DNA from: Chrysomallon squamiferum
Taxonomy: Eukaryota; Animalia; Mollusca
NCBI GenBank assembly: GCA_012295275.1
Contig: CM022679.1
Span: 8,618,001 to 8,682,000 of the forward strand
Reading direction: 5' to 3'
Length of the DNA stretch: 64,000 nt
Below the pieces are notes generated by a model that saw nothing but the letters and a program-made list of their open reading frames with translations, was not told the DNA's origin and made no database searches. The position numbers and the translations under genes are program-made. This document shows, piece after piece, positions 41,801 through 56,600 of this stretch (within the stretch, counting starts at the first letter, position 1; every line of letters begins with the position of its first letter).

Positions 41801-44800
41801 CTGTTTCACCCATCATAATAACTGGAATGTTTGCATCTATTCTTTGGCAAATTAACACCATTTTCAGAAAATTGTCAAGAGTAATGGCGTAAGAATGCTG
41901 TAACTCTTCTAAAATATCAGGTGCAATATCTTTCTTTTCTTTTCGGACTATCCGCTGAAGCATCTGTTGTAGTTGCACAGGACTAAATTCTGTCAGATCA
42001 GGAAGATCTTGTCTTTCTTGCAGCTTGTACAGCTCTTTTATATCACGAGGAACTTCATCCCTTTTTCTATAGATAAACGACACTGTATTTTGGTCATGAT
42101 TGTTAAATGCAATAAGCAAATGATTGCTATCTTCCCATCTAATTAAACCAGTTTCCATTCTCTTCACAAGAGCATCAGCAGACATCTGACTACTTATATG
42201 TCTGACAGCTAATTGTTGTTTATTGCGACAAGCATTTACTGATCGCTTAGCAAATTCTTTTGATAACTTTAATAAGGCTTTAAGGAAATTGTCTTTAACA
42301 TTTCTTGCCGGCAGGAAATGCATGTATTGAAGTTGTTCATTTTGAAAAAATGTACTTAGTGACATTCTTTTCAGCTGCTCTGCAAGAACATTTAAGGCGA
42401 TATTGACCAATGTGAATGAGCTGTCATTTTCAAAAGAAAAATACTTTACAAGAATTTCTTGGCACTTCTTTTCATGTAGGGGCTTTAAAGAAGCATCTTC
42501 TTCAAAGTGTAAATCTTTAACATTTAAGGTGCTGGTTTCCATTGCATGCACATAGTGACATACAACCTGTATGGCTGATTTTATATCTGCAGAAACCTTG
42601 TAGTTGGAAAAGTTTTCCCATTTTATATGTTTTCTTTTAAACATTCTTGTTGTGAACAGAGAGTTTTGCAGACAGTTATTGACTGTGTTTGCAATTTCAA
42701 TAAAAACCTTCTTCGGTTGAATATAGACACGACTTGACTGATGTGAGAGTGTCTTCAAAATGATCATTTGATATATCAATAAATCTAGATTCATAGGATC
42801 AGTGACTAGTTCTACACTGATGTGCAGAATTTCAGAATGTTGCAGCTTTATTTTTTCAAGCTGCTTCAGAATGTCTTTTATATCTATGTTGCCATTAATA
42901 TAAACGGTTTTCAATTTACTTTGTTCTTTTTCAGTTTCATCTTCAATAAATGTTGTTTTCCCAAGACCTGGAACTTCCGATGTCACAGTGAAAACCATTG
43001 GAAATAATTTTTCATAACATGCACTTAATTCCTCTTCTTCCATGGGAGTTATGCGGCACACATAATCAGAAAAATACTCCAGGAATGGGTGACCTGTTTG
43101 ACCTCGGCATATAAGTACTAGTTTAGATAACTGCTGTAGGTGTTGTTTTATTTCATTTGCCAGAGAAAACTGCAAGGAGTTGGGTAATTTCTCCACCATG
43201 GCAATGCAGTATAGCTCAAGGTTTTTATTTCTGTCATTTCTTTTTGAAGACTGCCGACACCTTAGTAATATTAAGTTAATTTCCTCCATTGTTGTGACTT
43301 CATGACAAAATAGCACTTGATGAGGAAAAGGAAGTGATTTAGTTGTATTTTTATACATTGTCATTAATACAGGTATGACCTGGTTGGAATCCTGTTCTAA
43401 TGAGACAATCTGCAACTGCTTATTAAATGTGAGACTTTTAGATGAAGTTTTTTGAGAACCTGGAAAACTTCTTGGTTCTAGTTTTAAGTTTTGAAGAACC
43501 TTGTCAAAAATATTCCCCAGTAGTGAAAGTCCATAGTTATTTTTAACTGGTTTACTGTTATTGAACAATTCACATGCTTTTTGAAAGCAATCGCCTTGGA
43601 ATCCAGTAAAATGCAGAATCTGCAAAAAGTATTCTTTTTCATCACCTTTCTTCAAACATTGTTTTATTTTCCACAACTGCTGAGGATGAAAATAGCAAAG
43701 CCAAAAGAATTTTTCATATTTTTTTTTAAAAATATTTTCCCAGATTTCTAATTGATTTTTCAGCTCTTCAGCTTTGTATTTCAACTGACTGACTGTTAAT
43801 TTAATGTTAAACCCAAAGACAACATAGTCTTCATGGCCCGTTTGGTGAAGCCTTTCCAAAAAAGAAGATATTTGTAAAATGTTATCAATGTAGTTAATAA
43901 ATTGGCGATAGGAATCAGAAGTGAGGTTCAGCGTGTCTTTCTCAGTGGCTGCTGTGTTAATTAACAGTAAGGCCCGGATTCGAAAATCACTGATATCAAA
44001 TTTTGAATACACAAATTTCCTGTTTTTCTTTTGGCATTTGACCTTTACCAAACATGTGCCCTCAGCATCAAAGCTGAAACTGATTACTGCAGATGTATCT
44101 TTAACTGTCAACATACTTATCACTTCTTTAGTGACTGCAGTGTGACTAGCAACGTTATGAAACAAAGATCGCAGACTGCTGACATGTTTTGCTGTTTCTG
44201 TTATCATTTGCAAGAGTTTTGTGCAACCAGTACACTTAGCAGCATCACAAATGATTTTGAATAAAGTCTTGGCATTGATTATCTTGATGTCTTTTTTACG
44301 AAAATGACTGACAAAGCTTTTGATATGCATTAAGGTTGATACTGTAGATGGATGAAGCTGATGTTCGGAATATTCCTCTACTATATTAATTAAATTTCGT
44401 ACGTCTTCATCAACAATTTCAAGCAGAAACTCCACTAGATCAGGACATTCTACAAGCTTGCGTATAACTTCAATGACATCTTTCTTCACCTGCCCTAAAA
44501 TATCATCCATTTGTTCTTTAGCATCATGCAGATCTTTCAGTGTGAAATCAGAACTGTTTTGGTTGAAATTTAAAAACAAATTCATTGCATTTGAGAAATC
44601 AGCATCATTTTTAATGTCAATCTTAAACACATTAAGAAAGTGTTGCAAAGTATTTATTTCTGACTGGTATTTCTTGTAATCACTGAGCATAAGCAATCCA
44701 ATTTTTATCCATGGAACAAATGTTTGTTTCATTTGCTTTTCAGCACAGTCTAGCTCTTTTTCCATATCTCTTGAATTTATAATCGATTCATCAATAATTT

Positions 44801-45869
44801 CACATCTTATATTTTGTTTATCAAAATAAGGCTGCCATAAAGCTGAATATTTTTTAATTCCATCTTTCTTCAGATTATCAAGTATGTTTACTGTGACAAC
44901 AAAGTTTTTTTCCAAACTTTCTGGTTTCATTTCTCCAAACAAAATTGGTAAATACTGTTCAATCTCTGATTCTGGATAAATATCTTGTAAACTCTTGACT
45001 GTGTCATCAATAATGTCTTGACAAACATTCCAAAATACATCTGAGTTGCTCAGCTGTTCAATCTCTGGAGCAGATTTCTTAACGTCTTTGAGCATTTCCC
45101 AGAAAGTCATATTCTCAAAGTCAACAATATGAATATTACCTTTATCCATGTAACACTGTTCTTTCAATTTCAGACTTTCCATTGCATTATCGATGTCTGG
45201 TATGGCTCTTTTGGAATGCTGTTTAAGGTTTTCTAATACCTTTTTCATCAGTTCGAATGTCTGATCAGTTTCTTTTAACACTGATATGGCTTTATTCCAA
45301 CCATATATAATATCTGATACATCTTTGTTACAAATTTGTTTCACTGAATCATATATGTTTTTTATTTTTTCATCGACATCTTTAGTTTTCTGAAGAGTTC
45401 TCACAAAACTGCATGATATTTTCAAGGAGACCATTCGTTCTGCAATAGTACAGAGCAGATCTGTTGTCACCTGTATTTCAGGTTGTTGATGAATGCCTTT
45501 GATAACACAGTTTTCAATAGGAAAGATCTTGATCCAAAATCTCCATGTTTTCATTATTTTTGCAAATGATTCTTGTAAATTTTCACATGCTTTCAGTTTT
45601 GCATATTCCAGCACAGTTATAATAACTTCCATATGGAAACTAATAAAAAAGATAAAAAAAAGAAGAAAAGAAATAAATAAGCATTTGTTTTTGACATACT
45701 CTACTATACAAACTGTTTTATTAGATAAAGAAATACTTGGACCTTTCCATTCATTTGTTCTTGTAATGCTTTATTCCCCTTCTTTTTGTTTTTTTACAAA
45801 GAGTGACAATTTTGTTCAGTTTTTTTACTGTATAGATAGTTGATATATGTATGAATGACTGTATGAATG

Positions 45870-45917
<48 letters not shown>

Positions 45918-48900
45918 ATCATTTTTACTTTGTATCATTTAGGTACATCACACTTCTAACTCTTAATCTTTTTAGAAATATGTTAGTGTTGATGTTCTAA
46001 TTAAATACATTTGGCACGTTCTAATTAAATGCCTTAAGGCATTTCTGTATTCTTTCACTATATCATCTATTTAGCATTCATTCTTATTGTCTATTTTTCT
46101 ACTGATCAGCCAGTTGATTTATTGTTCTACTGTGCACAGAACAAATATAATTCACAACAGCCATCAGAATACAGACTGGCGAGAATGTGCAAAACATTCT
46201 AAAATATGCTTTCTCTTTCATCATATTTTCTAAATTTTGAATGCTGACGTGCTACCTTTTTTTTTCTAGAAAGGAAATGGTCAGTATCTGGGGAATGCCA
46301 TGCATGACTGAAAGAATATTCTTTTATTTATTATATTTCTGTTGTTTTCTAGACAACAATCGAAGATTAGTTGGTATCAAAATAGGAAATGAAGTAAGAG
46401 TTCATTTTATTTTTAGTTTTGCTTTTTACTGTGATAATTAATATTTTTCATAATTTTTTTTTTCAGATAAACACAATTCCAAAGTACAAAATTATGTATA
46501 AATTGTCATTTACCTTGAATTACACATCTAAAATACAAAAATATATGTACACACATACCCACACTAATATATATATATATATAATATAATAAATAAAATA
46601 AACCCTGAAAAACACAAATATTTTGTTTTATAGCTATCCATCTGTGAAAAATAATTATAAATTTGAAATCTTTGAGAAATTACCATTTCCAGCAACATTG
46701 ATTAACTGATTTCTAAGCTACATTCATTTGAATATCCACCATATGCTCTTTTGGTTACAACTGTCAAAATTTAATGAGTGGTATTTTGGAAACCAACTTG
46801 TCCAATGATGCTAAAAACAGAAATATCAGTGTTTTCAGCACCAGTTACTCTAAATACAAAATCAAAGGGCTCAAATTTGATTGTCTAATATTATTGGGTG
46901 ATTTGATATGGAATAACTCGTATAATAATTTTTTTTATATCCCTAAAAAGATTTCAAATAGAGCTACTCATAAAATTATAACATAACTAATTGCAGGTCA
47001 AATGCATTAATGGTAGGCACTATACTACTCAGTTTCATGTTAATTAAATATTAATCTTCCTTAAAATAGGAATGAAAATATAACTCTGGGCACTAAATAT
47101 ATATCATTTTTTATTTTTTATATCTCTCAATCTCATTAAAGAAGACTATTTTCAGCATTTACCTGCAATCCTTGCATGTTGCTTTACCCTCATGCCACAA
47201 GTCACCTAATACAGCCAAAGGATCAGTATCTGATGAACATCTTGAGAAAACTGCATCCATATGTTTCTTGATTAGTTCTTTAGTGAAAGTGCTTCTAAAT
47301 GTTGTAAGGCAGAATATGCTGAGCAAAACATTTTTGAGATCATTTCTCAAAACAACATTCTGAGCTTTTTCATCAAGACCTTTACTTGTTTCATGATTTG
47401 AAGAAACAGCTTCCAATGTGAACAGGTGATCCAAACAACTGTACATGAAAGGAAGATCATTTTCATGGAGATGATTTTTCCTGTTTGAACTATTGAAACA
47501 CTGAGATGTTTCAAACCACTCTATTACATACGAACAGCATTCTGTTTCTGGCAAATATTTCCACTGATCTGTTGACAAATATGTCAGAAATAAATCATGA
47601 ATAGTTTTATGTTTTGACTGAAGAAGATTATTCAGAATATCTGACAACTCATTTTTTGTCAAAACTGCAGTGATATCTGAAAAAGCACGAGCTTGCTCAG
47701 GTGGTATATTTACTGTGTTAGATTTTGAAAAAGAAATGACAACAGATTTTATGATGGACTGTCTATATTCATTACCTTTATCTGCCACTGTTTCCAAAAT
47801 TCTTTTTATTTCAACAAAATCATATCTGTTAGCTAGATGATCAACTGTATTTTCAAGCTTTGAAAAAATCTTTGTATGTATCCTGTAAATGTCAAACATT
47901 TCAACTTCTGAAAATGAAAGTTCTAAAGGCACCTTATCAAAAAGACTACAGAGCAGAGATTTAGAGATGTCATTCATATTCTCATAACTTGATCGATTGG
48001 GGCATATCCTGCAAATCACACTATGAAACAACTTTAATTTCTTTTCACATGTCATTTTTTCATCTACAACTGGAATGGTTCTGTTTTCATCTTGCAACAT
48101 GTGATTAAAAAAACAAGAGCATAATGCTGGATAGCAATTGTCCATCAGTGTCAGTACACAAGCTCCCACTTCAGGATAGGCAATATGACAAAGTTTCTTT
48201 ATTGCAGCCTTAATTTTGTTCTCGGCATTTGGTGTCAGATTCTCAGGTTTCAAGTCCTTAAAAGACTGCAACATTGTCTTTGCTCTTTCACTTGGAATAT
48301 TTTTCTCAAAATGTGAATATTTTTGAAGAAAACCACCAACAATGTATGAGAGCAAGATGTATTTTGAATCACATTCATGATCTTTTCTATCTAATTCTTT
48401 ATACAGTTGTTCCATTAAGCTTACTGCTTCTTCCCCTTTCAACTGACTCAAAGGCAGTGACACCAAACTGTTCTCACAAAGATTAAGCGTTTCAGGTGAT
48501 ACTTTTGAAAACAGGATTCCAATTAAAGCTGAACATCCATCAATTAAACAATTGTCTGTTGTTTTCTCAATATTTAGAATACAGATACTGTTTTTATAAA
48601 AGTAAATATCACTTTTTTTTTCATTAGTCTGTTTCATCTTGTGGCCAGCGAAATCAATTGTGGTTTTTCTGTTTTTATAACTGTAATAATAACCACCTTC
48701 CAAAGTTTCATAATGAATTATTTTACAAGTCCATATATTATTTTGTGATGGGTCTAGATTTTCCATTCTCCATTTTTTTTCATTATTTTTCAATACAAGA
48801 TAAACATTTTTTATTCTGTTCTTCTCTTTAGTGGCAATGTAAACAAATGCTTCCAAATGTTGCTTCTGAAATGAAAAAAGTAATTATGTTAACTCATGAT

Positions 48901-50553
48901 CTTCACTACTCATAACAAGACAAATTTGATAATTATTATTTATTTATTTATTTATTTATTTGTTTGTTTGTTGTTGTTGTTTGTTCTGGTAACAAATGCT
49001 GAAATCATTTTTATTTTTTATTTTGTTATTTTTTATTATTGTTTTTTTTTAAGGACATATAAAAACTTAACTTTTGAAATGAAATGTCATGCAGCTCATT
49101 GACTTTGAAGAAAAAGATAAGCAAAAAAGACATTTTATTTTTAAAGTCAAGCCTCACAATACTGAAAACAAATTAATTAATATTACTAGAACTGCTTCTT
49201 TTATCTACTGAATCTGTTGTTGTTGCATTTAGCTGTTTGAGTTGTTGGTTTTTTTTTTTTACTATAATCTTGGTGTATTTCCCATAATAAATATTTTGAT
49301 GATCCTACTGAAACTCATTTGCATGTTATTATAATGATGTTTTGGGGAAAAAAAGAAAAAAAATGAAATTTTTAATTTTGGGACATAATATCAGACATTA
49401 TTTCTTTCCACCACCATCAGTACTCAATTTATAATCTTAAAATAGTTTGAGTTTTGCTTATTTCATTTTAATATGTCTAAAATAAATAATCAGTTCTTCT
49501 CTGATAGAAAAAAAAAAAAATTTGAATTTTCAAGCTAAAAGGACAATATGGCTAATATTTCATCTATTTAAGAATGGAATAAATGCTGAGTATTTTGATT
49601 CTACTATCTAATAACAATGTGACACATGAAGAGCTATCTTAACAGCAATATAGAGCCCCATGTGTATTGTTGCCTCTACCTATACAATGTCCATCTGTTA
49701 TCATAAAAAATTAGCATTAATATTGTTCATTTTCTTTAGAAAAACATACAAAAATATTTGTAATATAGTATTGATTTATTGACAGCAATTCACAACATAC
49801 ATATAAATTACTGTAGATAGCATTAATGAGTTGATGTTTAATTAGAGGTAAGGTATAAATTACTTTAGATAGCACTTATCGTAGACCTATCTAACTGATG
49901 GCATAAAGTTTTGGTTCCTGTGTCTGCTGTTTGTTTCTTGTTTGTTTTTTTTTTTTTTTTTTTTTGTCTTTTAATGATTTGTTTTCAAATTTGTTTTGAA
50001 ATTGTAAAACACACTAAAAGTCTCTGAGTGTTTTGTCAAATACACTGTGATTAAAAATATGAAAAGGCAAGCAAGCAAGCTCTCTTTCTTTGTATTTCTG
50101 TAACTTACTTCAGGTTGCCCAATCTGAAATTGAACAGCATCCTGAAATTCATCATTATAACGTGATTAACTTTTGAAATGAAATGTCATCAGTCATACTG
50201 AATGCATTTACAGCTCATTGACTCTGAAGGATAATGATCTCACACGAAGAAAAAGATAAGCAAAAAAGAAATTTTATTTTAAAAGTCAATCATGATAAAA
50301 CTGTATATTTCCCATAGTAAATATTGTTGATGATGATACTAAAACTCATTTGGATATAATTATAATGATGTTATTGAAAAAAAAAAAATCAAATCTGTAA
50401 GGTTGGGTCATGATATCAGGCATTATTTCTTCTCCAGAACCATCAGTACTGAATTTATAATCTTAAAATAGTTTGAGTTTTGCTTATTTCATATTAGTTT
50501 TTCTGAAATAAATAATCAATTCTTCTCTGACAAAAAGTATGAAAATGCAAGCT

Positions 50554-50645
<92 letters not shown>

Positions 50646-53600
50646 GGTGTGTCTTCAAATTTTTATAAATTTGTTAATGCAAAGAATATCTGTATTTCTG
50701 CAACTTACTTCAGGTTGCCCACTCTGAAATTCGATAGCATCCTGAAATTCATCATCTTCATCCAAGACTTTTGAGGAGAAATTCCTGAGAATTTCATCTA
50801 CAAATATAAAATATTTCATTCATTAATTTGTATTTTTGTAACAGCAAAGAACAAGTACTGAACAGAAAGCACCAATTGGTGAAACCATGAAATGAATCAG
50901 CATGGCAATTGCACTTTTTTACTTCTGTGATATACAACAACATCTAACCAGATTGTCCAGTGCTGTCATGCTGATTTCATTTTGTTGTGCTGAATTCAGA
51001 TTGCAAGAATTTTGTTAGTGCAAGCTGGATGCATAGAATTCCACATTAACAGTTATGTGGTTTTATTTTGACAATTTCTTTGATGACATTAAAGAAGATC
51101 ATTTATGCAAACATATGAGGCATTATTTGGTTATGTAATTGGGAATATTAGTTTGTTGATTGGCTGTTCATGTATGTGTTGGAATTCCTTTGTGTATATT
51201 TATACTTTAAGGAGAAAAATCTAATTCATATTTTGGTTATTATTGAATTGATGAAAGGCAAATATATAATTGAAAGAAAATTAACAATGGTTAAACCTCT
51301 CTTTTTTAGAAATATTTCTGCCACATGTTTTTGTTGTATGTCCTTTGTACAAAGAGCCGTCTGCAAGAATTCAAACCAGTCGTCTTTTGTTTTCAAAATC
51401 TCTAACATTCGCAAAGCTGCTTCATGCCGTCCTTTTGAATTTTGGATAGCTTCTATTTCAGACTGAAACAAAATTAGTTTCATGTTTATTTATTAAGGTA
51501 AAATATAATTCAGCTTAACTGAAGATATTTGTTATTTTAAATACAATCTGGATTGATGTAGAGTTTTCAGAAAAAAGAAGAAACTTTTAAATATTCATAG
51601 AGGATACCAGGATATAAAATAAATATAAAATAAACTAGGTTAAGTAAATACTCAAACTACTGTATAGCTATAAATTTATATAACAGTGTACTGACACATA
51701 TACTTTGTTAATATAATCAGTAATTTAAGTGTTTATATTTTTTAAAAACACATGACTGTAAAAAAAATAAAAAGAAAATGCAAAAATTCATGGAGAAGCT
51801 AAAATGTTTCTAATAAAATTTGGTATTTTTTATATATGCAAGAAAATGCCTTAGACATTACATCAGTTTTTAAATGATAGCCATAAAATTCCTAGTCCAA
51901 AGAAAAACAGTATTCTGAGAAACAATAAAGTGAGCAATCATCAACTTTTGTTATTGTGGACAGAACTACTCACCACAAATAAATATAAAAAATACAGTTG
52001 CCCTGTCTTAATCGTTTGTTTGTGGTTACTCACAGATGTGCAGAAACTTCAGATAGGTATTTATTAAATTACATTTTTTTAAAAATTTTATAAACTAATT
52101 CACTTAAATTGTATGTTACCTGATTCCCAGGATTCAAGACATCACTAAGGTGAGGCATCAGATGTTTAGGATCAACATTTTTTTTGAAGTCTAAATGAAT
52201 TGCTTGTACCAGTTTTTCATTGTATTCATGAAATGTTTTTTGATGATCATGTTTCTCGTCCAGAGACTGAAAAACACAAATCATTTCATTTTTTACTGAG
52301 ACATTAATGATCATAAATAGCAATTATTTACCTGAACACTTTATATGTAATGTAATTAATCACTATAAAAACAAGCATTTTGTTGCAAATTCTAAAACCA
52401 AAATCAAATTAATAACAGTATGTGCCTATGTTGTTTAACATTCTAATATTATGAATAAATGGATATTTTTTATGGCTATTGTCAAATGAAACAGAAATTA
52501 CATTTGGTTGAAATGATTATTATTAAAACAACAGGTAATACTTTAAAAAAAAAATTCATTTATATTAATAATAAAACAATTAATAAATTGTTATTTGAAA
52601 TATTTATTCAATCAATTATAATCTTTTAGTTATTTTTGTTTTCACATTAAAAACAGGACATCTCTTTTTAACATAATAATTATCACAGATTAAAGATGGT
52701 ATTAGGCAAGGAATAATTTGTAATCAACAAAATGAATCACACTATTAAGACTGAATAGAGCTTTCTTGAACGTTATGCACATCAACTAAGTATTTCAACA
52801 AAACTAGTGTACATGCTATCACTAGTGACATCCACATAAAAGCTGTTAACTATGCAAGTTAATTTCATTTTTTCCACTAATATTTTTTTTGTGAGTAACA
52901 AAATGATTTGACAATGCTGCATTTTAGAATTTGATTTCCATAAAATTACAAAAATAATTAGATTTTGCTGTTGGAAGTTTGATTTCTCTAAGACCACAAA
53001 AATGATTAGATTTTGAAGTTGGAAGTTTGATTCGATTTTGAAGTTTGATGTTTGATTGCTCTAAAATCACAAGAGTGATTAAAATTTCATAGGAAGTTTG
53101 ATTTCTCTAAAACCAGAAGAGTTATTAGATTTTGAAGTTGGAAGTTTGATTAGATTTTGAAGTTGGAAGTTTGATTTCTCTAAAACCACAAGAATGATTA
53201 GATTTTAAGTTGGAAGTTTGATTTCTATAAAACGTCAAAAATAATTATTAAGCTCACCCTAAGATCCATAATATGAAATTGATTTGCAGTTGATGATTGA
53301 GAACGATTAACAAGTTACCATGCAAATGCAACACATTTTTTCTGTATAAAGAGACTTGTCAAGTTGCTTTCCATAGAGCAGTTACACTCCTATTATTGAA
53401 GATTATTCTTTTGAAATCTTTGGAAAAAAATGAGCTGACCTAAAATATTTTCTCTATCTCTTTATGTGTGAGTAGAAGCCAAAAGCAAATGAATAAATAA
53501 ATATTAAACATCTAAGCAAACTGAAAACTAAAAGATGTAGATATTTCTGATGATTGATAAAACTTTAGATTTTGGAACTTTTAGGAATTTCAGAATTTCA

Positions 53601-56600
53601 GATAAAGGATCCTCAACCTGTATATATCTTTTCATAAAAAGTTAACTACTTAAGATGGTTCTAAGTAAACACATCACTGTTGGGATGTAACTCTTTGGAT
53701 GTAATGTTATTTTGAATAAACATAGTAACCAAAATGAATATTCTGCAATAAACGTCAGCCTGTCGTATGCTCTCAAAAATGGAGCTTTGTACATCTGTGG
53801 ATTATCTACCTGTGATTCCTCATGTGATTTGTATGATTCATGGTCTTCACTGGATGTCTTCAAACAAATCATCTTCTGTTATAGAAATATTCTCTTGCCC
53901 TTCAAATTTTGAAACCAACAAGCTGTTAGCAGAATCAGCAATCCTGTTGCCATTCTCGATTTCTTTTTCTTCAGTCAATGCAGCCTGAAAAACAAATCAG
54001 ATTTATTAATAGTATGTAAGTTTCGAAGTTTTTTTTGATGCAACAGTCTGTGATGCAATAAATAATCAGGAGGAAATCAATAAGATAAATAAGAGAATTT
54101 TACAGAGATAAATAACATCATGTGGCATTTGTACAAATCCATTCATGTTACAGTGTGTAAAGCAGCTTTGGAAATCACACTACCACGTATGTAAAACCAC
54201 TATTTTCCAGTGAACAGCAATGGATATTGTTTAATACAGGTTGAGAACTGAAATACTTGGTACTGGAAGTGTTTCAGATTTTGGAATATAAGGAAAGTCT
54301 GAGAATAGGATCTAATTCCAAGAATAAACTTTATTTATAGTTTTTAAAATTAATATTTTTATAATTTTGTGCATAAAATTAGTACATGCAAAATAAACTG
54401 AAAATTATAAGAAGCAGATTTTTTCGATTACTGATCAAAGTTTAGATTTTGTAGCTTTTTGGATTTCGGAATTTCAGATAAAGAATCCTCAGCCTGTATA
54501 CACCTTAAGATGGCTCTAAATAAACACATTATTGTTGGGATATAAAACACAGTGGGCATGGTAACTAAATAGAAAGTACAATATTTTTTAAATTAAAGAT
54601 GTTTTATGATTCGTAGAGTCACGTATAACTCTTTGGATGCAATGTTATTTTGAATAAACATGGTAACTGAAATGGAAATATTTTGATTTAAACTGGATAT
54701 TCTGCATTAAACATCAGCCTACCGTCTCATATCAAAACTGGGGCTTTCTACATTTATGGATTATCTACCTGTGATTCCTCTATAGCTGTAATGACTGTTT
54801 CTGCTGCTTTAGATTGATGATCATCAGAATTGTCTATCACCTCATCAATCTTATTTTTCTGTCCAGCAGTCTCAACTGTTGTAACGCTAACATTAGAAGC
54901 TATATCAACCGACGAACCATGTGATGCCTCAGTTTGTCCAGGGGTGTCTTTAAACAGATCATCATCTGTTCCAGAAATATTCTCTTGCCCTTCACATTTT
55001 GAAACAGATGAGCTGTTAGCAGAGTCAGCAACCCTGTTGCCATTCTCGATTTCTTTTTCTTCAATCAATGCAGCCTGAAAAACAAATCAGATTTATTAAT
55101 AGTATGTAAGTTTCGAAGTTTTTTTGATGCAACAGTCTGTGATGCAATAAATAATCAGGAGGAAATCAATAAGATAAATAAGAGAATTTTACAGAGATAA
55201 ATAACATCATGTGGCATTTGTACAAATCCATTCATGTTACAGTGTGTAAAGCAGCTTTGGAAATCACACTACCACGTATGTAAAACCACTATTTTCCAGT
55301 GAACAGCAATGGATATTGTTTAATACAGGTTGAGAATCTGAAATACTTGGTACTGGAAGTGTTTCAGATTTTAGAATATAAGGAAAGTCTGAGAATAGGT
55401 CCTAATTCCAAGAATAAACTTATTTTATATTTCAGTTTATACAAATAGTCTGCAAGATTTTAAAATTAATATTTTCATAATTTTGTGCATGAAATATGAT
55501 TAGTACATGCAAAATTGACTGAAAAATATAAGAAGTAGATTTTTCTGATTATTGATCAAAGTTTAGATTTTGTAGCTTTTTGGATTTCGGAATTTCAGAT
55601 AAAGAATCCTCAGCCTGTATACACCTTAAGATGGCTCTAAATAAACACATTATTGTTGGGATATAAAACACAGTGGGCATGGTAACTAAATAGAAAGTAC
55701 AATATTTTTTAAATTAAAGATGTTTTATGATTCGTAGAGTCATGTATAACTCTTTGGATGCAATGCTATTTTGAATAAACATGGTAACTGAAATGGAAAT
55801 ATTTTGATTTAAACTGGATATTCTGCATTAAACATCAGCCTACCGTCTCATATCAAAACTGGGGCTTTCTACATTTATGGATTATCTACCTGTGCTTCCT
55901 CTATAGCTGTAATGACTGTTTCTGCTGCTTTAGATTGATGATCATCAGAATTGTCTATCACCTCATCAATCTTATTTTTCTGTCCAGCAGTCTCAACTGT
56001 TGTAACGCTAACATTAGAAGCTATATCAACCGACGAACCATGTGATGCCTCAGTTTGTCCAGGGGTGTCTTTAAACAGATCATCATCTGTTCCAGAAATA
56101 TTCTCTTGCCCTTCACATTTTGAAACAGATGAGCTGTTAGCAGAGTCAGCAACCCTGTTGCCATTCTCGATTTCTTTTTCTTCAGTCAATGCAGCCTGAA
56201 AAACAAATCAGATTTATTAATAGTATGTAAGTTTCGAAGTTTTTTTTGATGCAACAGTCTGTGATGCAATAAATAATCAGGAGGAAATCAATAAGATAAA
56301 TAAGAGAATTTTACAGAGATAAATAACATCATGTGGCATTTGTACAAATCCATTCATGTTACAGTGTGTAAAGCAGCTTTGGAAATCACACTACCACGTA
56401 TGTAAAACCACTATTTTCCAGTGAACAGCAATGGATATTGTTTAATACAGGTTGAGAATCTGAAATACTTGGTACTGGAAGTGTTTCAGATTTTAGAATA
56501 TAAGGAAAGTCTGAGAATAGGTCCTAATTCCAAGAATAAACTTATTTTATATTTCAGTTTATACAAATAGTCTGCAAGATTTTAAAATTAATATTTTCAT

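Noticed and set aside
36916-45843. Plus-strand ORFs within the giant exon, and similar antisense ORFs in FLCN, CP110 and the repeat exons
   Set aside because: Antisense shadows of real coding sequence.
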